From the NCBI GenBank assembly GCA_028714875.1, contig JAQTLN010000015.1, positions 25,020 to 89,019 of the forward strand: a stretch of DNA of 64,000 nt, written 5' to 3'. This document shows, in pieces, positions 56,778 to 64,000 of this stretch. Within the stretch, counting starts at the first letter, position 1. Each line of letters opens with the position of its first letter. Source of the stretch: Gallionellaceae bacterium. Its GTDB lineage: Bacteria; Pseudomonadota; Gammaproteobacteria; Burkholderiales; Thiobacillaceae. The translations under genes and the position numbers were made by a program. The notes below the pieces were generated by a model. It was given only the letters and a program-made list of their open reading frames with translations. It was not told the origin of the DNA and ran no database searches.

Positions 56778-57164
56778 ATGAATACCCCCGCGTCCAGCAC
56801 CCTGCTTTCCGTCATCGAACTGCTCGGCTACCCCAACCTGCGGCCGCTCTACGAACGCCTGGGCTACCGGGTGCAGACCGAATTCGCGGTACGCCGCGCG
56901 ATCAGCTTTCTGCGCAAGGAGAAGCCGACGGTGCTAGTCGCCGACTTCTACTTCCAGCCCGATTTTCGCGACCGCGTGAGCAACCTGGAATCGCTGCTGG
57001 CCAGCGTGCAGTCGAGCAAGGAAGTGAAGGTGTTGGTGCTCTACGAAGCGGCGCACCAGCACGCGCTGGACCGTCTCATGCAGCGCTTTCGCATCGACGC
57101 CGCGTTGACCCTGCCGGTGGACGAGGCGCGGCTCGAAGCCATGCTGGCCGAGTGGCGGGCATAA
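56778..57164 (+). CDS. hypothetical protein, degenerate receiver-like (flavodoxin-fold) domain
   Basis: 128 aa from the ATG at 56778. The beta-alpha pattern (LLSVIELLGY...PTVLVADFYF...KVLVLY) resembles a CheY-like receiver that lacks the N-terminal acidic pair. Confidence 0.5.
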   Translation: MNTPASSTLLSVIELLGYPNLRPLYERLGYRVQTEFAVRRAISFLRKEKPTVLVADFYFQPDFRDRVSNLESLLASVQSSKEVKVLVLYEAAHQHALDRLMQRFRIDAALTLPVDEARLEAMLAEWRA

Positions 57165-57291
57165 TCCGCGCATCCGGCGCGGAAAAATTACCCGAACCGC
57201 CCCCCACGAAGCCAAGTCGTTTTTGCGGCGGCCCGGCGAACGTCTTGAGCGCTACTATCCACGCCCACGAAAAACCTGACCGAAATTCCTC

Positions 57292-57831
57292 ATGAAAACC
57301 ATCTCACTCCTTCTTCTCGCCGCCGGCATGGTGCTCGGCCCCGCCTACTGGATCTACGCCAAGTTCTACTCGGGCAGCCAGGCGGCCCTGGTGCCGTTGA
57401 CCCAGGTGGACGCGGCGGCCGGCATCTGGCGTTCGGCGGAATTCAAAATGTCCGCGGATATGGCGCCGGTGGGCCTGATCCTGAAATCACAGGGCAGCTT
57501 CGCGCCCAACATGGCGGAAAACCACCCGCCCAAGGATTTGTATGCCGCCCTGCTCAGCCGCGCGGGCGAGAGCGCCAAGCCGCTCGGCTTCGAGTTGAAT
57601 GCCGGCAGCACCGGCAACAGCAATCCCGTCTTCAACTCGCATCTGGTGCTGTTCCAGGTGGTGAAGGACGGCAATTACCAACTGGAAATCCAGCCTTCCG
57701 GCCCGCCCAACATTCCGCTGCAAAAGGTGGAACTGGACGTGCGCCAGCACCTGCTCGAACCCAACCCGAACATCGTCATGGTCGGGGTATTGCTGCTGGT
57801 GTTCGGAATATTGGGACTGGTGATGGTGTGA
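57292..57831 (+). CDS. hypothetical membrane protein with N- and C-terminal TM segments
   Basis: 179 aa. TM at residues about 5-22 and about 155-178, with a soluble middle. I recognised no family. Confidence 0.55.
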   Translation: MKTISLLLLAAGMVLGPAYWIYAKFYSGSQAALVPLTQVDAAAGIWRSAEFKMSADMAPVGLILKSQGSFAPNMAENHPPKDLYAALLSRAGESAKPLGFELNAGSTGNSNPVFNSHLVLFQVVKDGNYQLEIQPSGPPNIPLQKVELDVRQHLLEPNPNIVMVGVLLLVFGILGLVMV

Positions 57832-57849
57832 GGCGCCCGTAAGCGTAGC

Positions 57850-57915
57850 TTCCCCTTTCTCAAAGCGGGGCAGCGGGGATTTCTGAGGCGGCGGCTCAGG
57901 CAAACGTCGCTAAAT
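57850..57915. repeat. REP family B element B6 (degenerate)
   Basis: CTTCCCCTTTCTCAAAGCGGGGCAGCGGGGATTTCTGAGGCGGCGGCTCAGGCAAACGTCGCTAAAT. Its centre is the reverse complement of the B4 centre. Confidence 0.75.
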
Positions 57916-57962
57916 TTCTGATGAAGCCCCTACCCTTCGGTACCTCATTCCCCCTTTTATGG

Positions 57963-58001
57963 GTAGCGCCGGCTTCCAGCCGGCTGGAAGCCGGCGCTAC
58001 A
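57963..58001. repeat. REP family A copy A7 (loop-less)
   Basis: Perfect 38-bp palindrome GTAGCGCCGGCTTCCAGCC/GGCTGGAAGCCGGCGCTAC. Confidence 0.88.
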
Positions 58002-58053
58002 AATTGGTGGTGCCGTCAGGCGGTGGTCAAGCCGTGATCCACGGCAACGGCAT

Positions 58054-58632
58054 TCATGCGCGTTTTTCCATCAAGGCCAGCCGCGCTTCCAGCCGGTCCG
58101 CGTCCTCGCGCAGGCGGTCCACTTCGGTGATGAAGTCATGCACGGCGAGCGGTTCGGCGAGCATGTCCTGCTCGTAGACGGCATATTCGGCCAGGTTGCG
58201 GCCGGCGGATTCAATCGCCCGGCCGCGCCAGGAGATGGCGCCCTGGATCAGCTGATCGACACGGCTGGCGGCGATGTCGCCCAGGTACGGCCGTAGCGCC
58301 AGCACCCAGTCGAAATCCGCCAGGGCATGGGCCAGGTCGGCGGCGAGCACGCCGTCACCGGCCACCCGGAACAGATCGCCGAGCTTGCCACCAGTCAGCC
58401 ATTGCGGCACGGCGGAAAGATCGGGAAACAGTTGCACATCGGCCGTGGCCTCCGGCGAGGCGGCGACGAAACCGCCGTCGCCTTCGATACGCAGGGATAG
58501 CGGCAACAGCGGCAGGACCAGGCGCACGCACTTGCCGACATGGCGCACCAGCCGCGTTTTCGCGGTGGGTTGCTTGTCCAGCAGGGCATTGAGGGCGGCG
58601 GCGAAAAGGAAGTCGGGGGTGGCGTCAGACAT
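58054..58632 (-). CDS. ubiJ: ubiquinone biosynthesis accessory factor UbiJ (SCP2 domain)
   Basis: 192 aa from [18 protein letters not shown] at 58632. Conserved [13 protein letters not shown] and a C-terminal amphipathic helix, like E. coli UbiJ. Confidence 0.72.
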   Translation of the reverse strand: MSDATPDFLFAAALNALLDKQPTAKTRLVRHVGKCVRLVLPLLPLSLRIEGDGGFVAASPEATADVQLFPDLSAVPQWLTGGKLGDLFRVAGDGVLAADLAHALADFDWVLALRPYLGDIAASRVDQLIQGAISWRGRAIESAGRNLAEYAVYEQDMLAEPLAVHDFITEVDRLREDADRLEARLALMEKRA

Positions 58633-58691
58633 GGCCGGATTGTATGCGAAACCCCGATAATCCCGCCCTGGCCTCCTACTTCCATGCTCCC

Positions 58692-59774
<1,083 letters not shown>

Positions 59775-59816
59775 GTCGGCAAGGTGTGGTGACCAGCAAG
59801 GATGAATCGAGCGTGC

Positions 59817-59843
59817 TCTCCCCCCTTTCCCATAGGGGGGAGG
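59817..59843. repeat. REP family B single unit B7
   Basis: CTCCCCCCTTTCCCATAGGGGGGAGG, between the mtnA stop and the probable aldolase start. Confidence 0.7.
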
Positions 59844-59845
59844 CC

Positions 59846-60466
59846 ATGCGCCAGGTCGCCGAAACCGCGCGTCGCAGTGTGGCGCTGGGCCTCAACCAGG
59901 GCACTTCCGGCAACGTCAGCGCGCGCGCGCCGGAGGGCTTTCTGATCACGCCGTCCGGGCGCGACATGACCGCCATCGACGCCGCAGAGATCGTGCCGAT
60001 GGACATGAATGGCGCCGCGCCCGCCGGGCTGAAGCCGTCCAGCGAGTGGCGCTTCCATCGCGACATCTACGCCGCCTTTCCCGAGGCGCGGGCGGTGGTG
60101 CACGCGCATTCGCCGTTCGCCGTGGCGCTGGCCTGTCTGCGCCGCGACATTCCGCCGTTTCATTACATGGTGGCGATGGCCGGCGGCGTGGACATCCGCT
60201 GCGCGTCCTACGCCACCTTCGGCACCCAGGCCTTGTCGGATGCCGTGCTCACCGCCCTGGACGGCCGCCGCGCCTGCCTGATGGCCAATCACGGCCTGCT
60301 TGCCTGGGGGCGCGGCCTGGATGGCGCGCTTGCTTTGGCCCTGGAAGTGGAAGCCCTGTGCGGGCAATACCTGCGCGCCTGTCAGGTGGGCGAACCGGTG
60401 TTGTTGAGCGCGGCGGAAATGGCCGAGGTGCTGGAGAAGTTCAAGGACTATGGCGCGCGGGATTGA
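59846..60466 (+). CDS. class II aldolase/adducin-family protein (MtnB-like dehydratase candidate)
   Basis: NQGTSGNVSAR, ITPSG, and the His cluster VVHAHSPFAVALA. Either the ATG at 59846 (GGAGG RBS supplied by the repeat) or the ATG at 59771 (ATGA overlap with mtnA, which would translate the repeat). Confidence 0.8.
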   Translation: MRQVAETARRSVALGLNQGTSGNVSARAPEGFLITPSGRDMTAIDAAEIVPMDMNGAAPAGLKPSSEWRFHRDIYAAFPEARAVVHAHSPFAVALACLRRDIPPFHYMVAMAGGVDIRCASYATFGTQALSDAVLTALDGRRACLMANHGLLAWGRGLDGALALALEVEALCGQYLRACQVGEPVLLSAAEMAEVLEKFKDYGARD

Positions 60467-60514
60467 TGCCATGAACACGCGATCTCCCCTCTTCCTCCGC
60501 CAGCACTGACCCGA

Positions 60515-61747
60515 ATGCGGCTTTTTTTATGGCTGTTCCTGCTGCTCTCTCTGCCGCTCGCGGCGCTCGCCTTTCTTCTCGCCCTGGCGACCGCGCCGGT
60601 CCCGGAAATCGAGCGGCCGGCCACGCTGAAGCTGGCGGACATGGAGCGCGGCCGGCTCATCGTCGAATCGCTTGACCTGAGGCATCTGCAAGAAGGCCAG
60701 GAACGTCGTTTGCGCTTCGGCCAGGAGGATATGGAACTGGCTCTGAACTGGCTGCTGGGTACGCTGGGGCGGGGCGGCGCCGATGTGGTGATTGACGGCC
60801 ACAGCCTGCAAGTGCGCGCCAGCCTGCGCCTCTACAAGTTGCCGCGTTATCTCAATATCGCCCTGGCTTATCAGCCGCAAGGCGATTGGCTGGTGCCCAG
60901 CGAACTGCGCCTCGGCAAGGTGCCACTGCCGGCCCGTTACACCGGCAAACTGATCGGCGCGTTGCTCACGATCTCTCCAGCCGCGGAGCAATACCAGGTG
61001 GCGCGCGACATGCTGCGCGCGGCCAGGCTGGAGCCGAAGAAACTGGTGCTGACCCTGGTCTGGCATGGCGCGGAATTGCGGAAAGCCGTCCAGGCCGCCG
61101 GCTGGAAGCCGGCCGGCATGGACAGCGCCGCGCTGGAGCCGTACCGCGAACGCCTGGCCGCCACCCGGAGCAATGACTATGCGGCCTTGCTCGGCGATGC
61201 CTTCGCCCTGGCCCAGGAACGCTCGCGCCGGGGCGACCCGGTGGCGGAGAACCGCAACGCGCTGACCGCCCTGGCCGAAGCCGCCGTGGGCGGGCGCCTG
61301 TTCGTCAGCCCGGGCGACAAGAAACACCGGCGCAAGGGTGGCGCGCGCCTGGCGGGACGTGATGACTCCGCGCAGCATTTCGCGATTTCCACCTTCCTCG
61401 CCGTCATGGGGGGCGAAGGGATTGCCGATATGGCCGGGCTCTACAAGGAAGTACGCGACACCAGCGATGGCAGTGGCTTTTCATTCAACGACCTGGCCGC
61501 CGACAAGGCCGGCAGCCGCCTCGGCGATCTGGCCACGCGCTCCCCCGAGACGGCGCGACGGGTACAAAAAGTGCTGGCCGGCAGCCATGACGAGCGGCTG
61601 TTCTTCCCACCGATCAAGGATCTGCCGGAATTCATGAACCAGTCGCAGTTCGAGAAACGCTTCGGCGGCGTCGGCCAGCCCGCCTATGTCAAGCAGGTGC
61701 GGGAGATCGAAGCCCGCATCGCCAGGCTGCCGCTGTATCGGGAGTAA
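60515..61747 (+). CDS. hypothetical membrane-anchored/secreted protein (410 aa)
   Basis: N-terminal hydrophobic anchor MRLFLWLFLLLSLPLAALAFLLALA. Normal composition. I recognised no family. Confidence 0.7.
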   Translation: MRLFLWLFLLLSLPLAALAFLLALATAPVPEIERPATLKLADMERGRLIVESLDLRHLQEGQERRLRFGQEDMELALNWLLGTLGRGGADVVIDGHSLQVRASLRLYKLPRYLNIALAYQPQGDWLVPSELRLGKVPLPARYTGKLIGALLTISPAAEQYQVARDMLRAARLEPKKLVLTLVWHGAELRKAVQAAGWKPAGMDSAALEPYRERLAATRSNDYAALLGDAFALAQERSRRGDPVAENRNALTALAEAAVGGRLFVSPGDKKHRRKGGARLAGRDDSAQHFAISTFLAVMGGEGIADMAGLYKEVRDTSDGSGFSFNDLAADKAGSRLGDLATRSPETARRVQKVLAGSHDERLFFPPIKDLPEFMNQSQFEKRFGGVGQPAYVKQVREIEARIARLPLYRE

Positions 61748-61788
61748 GCGAATCAACCCATGTCGGCAGGACCGGAACCAAACAGGTA

Positions 61789-61823
61789 GTAGCCCGGATT
61801 CCGCTGCGCTTCATCCGGGCTAC
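61789..61823. repeat. REP-like hairpin (type F) GTAGCCCGGAT-13 nt-ATCCGGGCTAC
   Basis: 11-bp perfect stem 40 nt after the stop codon of the 410-aa gene. Confidence 0.7.
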
Positions 61824-62118
61824 GAATCGGTTACTCGCGACAAGTCTGCCGTTTCCAGGGCGAATTTCCCCTTTTCACCGCACCGCACCATATCAGTGCC
61901 AGGGTAACGTTAAATAACCATTGCTTATCAATGGCTTAATTAAGCGGATCAGGGTGTGCAAGGGGGCGATTCCTTGCCCGAAACAGGCGGCTTCTGTCAT
62001 TATTCACGGGTTTGTTGGCCGGATTTCGGCCTCGCCTCGATTTTCTCCCGAACCTTCCGCCCGCCTACCCCATCTGTTTGGTGGATGGCGCGGCCCCTGT
62101 TTCAAGCAGAGAGTGTGT

Positions 62119-64000
62119 ATGGACAACGATATCGCCCGCCTCGGCCGGCCCCTGCCCACGGCATCCCCCCTGGCTCCTCGCCCGATCGGCGCGGAGCGGA
62201 TGAAGCGTATTCGCCAGATCAATCTGCAACTCGCCGCTTCGGGCCAGCCGGTGCCGCGCGAGGGTGACGACGATCTGCTCGATGTCGCCGAGGATATGCT
62301 GCGCAATTACCGCCAGCACCGCCGCCTGCTGCACGATTACCGTTGCCCGGCGGACCAGCGCATCCAGAACTTCGTCAACGACTACCTGGCGCGCAATGGG
62401 GTGGACACCAGGGTGCAACTGCCCGCCGCGCCGTTCATCCTGGATCGTCCCGGTCTGGCGGCGGAATTGTCCCTGCCGCTCGATGGCGACCACTTCGAGT
62501 CGCGCTATCTCACCTCCTATCGCGTGCGCCAGGGCGTGCTGCACAACCCGGGCAAGGACCGCCGCACCACCGAGGGCGTTTTCCACATCGCCGAGGGCGG
62601 CCTGCCGATCCCCTGGGACAAGAAGGCGGTGCCGGCCGCGACCTTCGCCGCGCTGATGCGCGCCGCCCTGGACGCGCCGGATGATCTGCTGCGCCTGCCC
62701 TACACCAGCAACCAGCCGGAAGGCGCGCACCTCTGGGTGTCGCTACTGCTGCGCCCGCTGGTTTCGCCCGGGGTGGCGGCGGTGATGCCGGCCAAGGCGA
62801 TGGAAACGCGCTTCTTCGCGCCGGGCGGGCTGGTGGCCAACCTGGATTTCGTCGAGCGCATCTTCGGCAACGCCGGCGACCCCTATCTGCCGGAAAATGA
62901 CGCCGGCCTCGACGTGATCGGCTGGAGCGGCCATACCGGCTGCGTGATCCTGGCGCCGCATCTCACCACGCTGCGCAAGAAAGACCTTGGCCTGCCGCGC
63001 TGGGACGCCGCGAGCGAACGGCAACGCCGCGACGGCATGTGCTGGAAGGCGGATGACGAGCTGTACAACGACGGCCAGGCGTTCAAGATCGTCTGCCGCG
63101 ACATGAACGGGGTGATCGTCACCCTCATCGCCGACAACTACTTCGGCTACAGCAAGAAGGAAATCAAGTCGCAGATCAGTTATGCCGCCAACCTGTTCGG
63201 CGGCAGCGAGGAAGAACACTCCGGCGGCGCCCTGGCCTTCGCCTCCTACAACCTGGGCGAGCATTACGAGCCGGACAGCCGCCTGCCGGATCACGGCCAC
63301 ACCCTGGCCGAGGTGCTGGCGCTCCTGGGTGACCAGGTCGAGCTTCACGCGGAAGGCCATGCCAGCGACAAGCGCTACAAGAACGTCCACTTCGTGCCGG
63401 AAGACACCTGTTTCGACATGGACACGATGCGGGTGAGCTGGCGCGGAATCGATGGTCAGCCGCGCGGCATCAAGTTGCTCGCCGGGCATGTCTATCTCTA
63501 TCCCTGCGGCTACAAGATCGAACTGCAGAAGCATCCCAGCGCGCCCACCTGGCGCCTGCTCGGCACCGAGGCGGAAGGCACTTTCTGCTACAAGCCGTGC
63601 ACCGTCTCCGGCGGCGGCAAGTCGGAAATTTCCAAGTCGCTGGCCGGCTCCCTGCTATCCGGCTCCTTCATCGTCAAGGATCTGAAAGACGACCTGGACC
63701 AGGTGGAGGCGCTGTTCCGCCGCGATTACTCCGACCGTTACAAGGTCGAGCCGGCGGATGGCCGCGATACCCGTTCCCTGCTCGACACCCGGCGCTCGGT
63801 CGGCTCGGTGATCCGCCTGCTGACGCCGTCGGAAACCGCCTACACCCCCGAGTACAACGCCTGGGTGGAGTCCATCCCGCAGCGCATCCGCTCGCTGGTG
63901 TTCATCATCAAGCGCTTCTACCGCCAGGAATGGAGCGAACAAGGAGAAAGCGCCTGGCGCGAGCATTTCTCCGTGGACCAGATCAACGGCCAGCCCGCCC
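62119..64000 (+). CDS. large conserved protein, 5' partial in this window (over 627 aa); possibly a PPi-type PEP carboxykinase-like enzyme
   Basis: The frame stays open from the ATG at 62119 to the window end, so it is not listed in the track. Composition is normal and the three long minus-strand ORFs opposite are R/G/A-rich shadows. The product guess rests only on my recollection of large bacterial homologs with DNYFGYSKKE-like motifs. Confidence 0.8.
   Translation, partial: MDNDIARLGRPLPTASPLAPRPIGAERMKRIRQINLQLAASGQPVPREGDDDLLDVAEDMLRNYRQHRRLLHDYRCPADQRIQNFVNDYLARNGVDTRVQLPAAPFILDRPGLAAELSLPLDGDHFESRYLTSYRVRQGVLHNPGKDRRTTEGVFHIAEGGLPIPWDKKAVPAATFAALMRAALDAPDDLLRLPYTSNQPEGAHLWVSLLLRPLVSPGVAAVMPAKAMETRFFAPGGLVANLDFVERIFGNAGDPYLPENDAGLDVIGWSGHTGCVILAPHLTTLRKKDLGLPRWDAASERQRRDGMCWKADDELYNDGQAFKIVCRDMNGVIVTLIADNYFGYSKKEIKSQISYAANLFGGSEEEHSGGALAFASYNLGEHYEPDSRLPDHGHTLAEVLALLGDQVELHAEGHASDKRYKNVHFVPEDTCFDMDTMRVSWRGIDGQPRGIKLLAGHVYLYPCGYKIELQKHPSAPTWRLLGTEAEGTFCYKPCTVSGGGKSEISKSLAGSLLSGSFIVKDLKDDLDQVEALFRRDYSDRYKVEPADGRDTRSLLDTRRSVGSVIRLLTPSETAYTPEYNAWVESIPQRIRSLVFIIKRFYRQEWSEQGESAWREHFSVDQINGQPA

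Noticed and set aside
62065-63966. Minus-strand ORFs 62065..62730, 62743..63534 and 63655..63966
   Set aside because: They are shadows of the long plus-strand ORF that stays open to the window end. Their composition is R/G/A/H-rich.

Overview
High-GC (about 65-68% by eye) proteobacterial chromosome segment. The backbone synteny is the kind typical of Betaproteobacteria: yidC-mnmE ... mnmG-rsmG-parA-parB-atpIBEFHAGDC-tRNA(CAT)-miaB-phoH-ybeY-corC. After that come accessory and housekeeping blocks. These are a Met-rich secreted repeat protein; an MMPL exporter plus a coupled secreted protein; an AcuI-like reductase; a large PAS/GGDEF/EAL sensor; ampG; a rubrerythrin-rubredoxin-rubredoxin reductase operon; a roughly 7.5-kb minus-strand metal (probably zinc) uptake-like cluster; hemE; a histone-H1-like AKP-repeat protein; lptM-lysA; cyaY plus two stand-alone cNMP-binding proteins; potABCD; sbp-cysTWA; ubiJ; mtnA plus a class II aldolase; and a large ORF that runs off the 3' end. 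I found two real genes below the ORF-track size cutoff: rubredoxin (54 aa) and LptM (41 aa). The track translates GTG/TTG first codons as M, and many listed ORFs are 5'-extended, so I trimmed starts where a conserved N-terminus and an ATG were visible. Four observations stand out. (1) A 2.0-kb low-GC single-gene insertion sits exactly between potB and potC and carries an AlbA_2/Schlafen-like plus HATPase_c_4-like protein. (2) Three families of REP-like palindromic elements punctuate almost every intergenic junction of three operons. In several places they are read through in frame inside intact CDSs: the potA C-terminal domain, the potD signal peptide, the tail of an ABC ATPase, and the potB N-terminus. 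(3) A strongly signalled stand-alone gene encodes a secreted protein about 12% Met, built from about 13 tandem [DN]P-x2-[YF]-M-x-W-type repeats. (4) A hybrid cluster combines a MacB/FtsX-type ABC importer-like pair, DUF3299, a coiled-coil porin, two secreted DUF302 proteins, and ZnuA/ZnuB-like components with no ZnuC. I also found a perfect parS palindrome upstream of mnmG, a second symmetric parS-like site inside atpG, and a 166-nt long-hairpin (MITE-like) element upstream of hemE. I saw no rRNA, CRISPR array, transposase or integrase. All family names come from motif recognition by eye and need HMM or BLAST confirmation.
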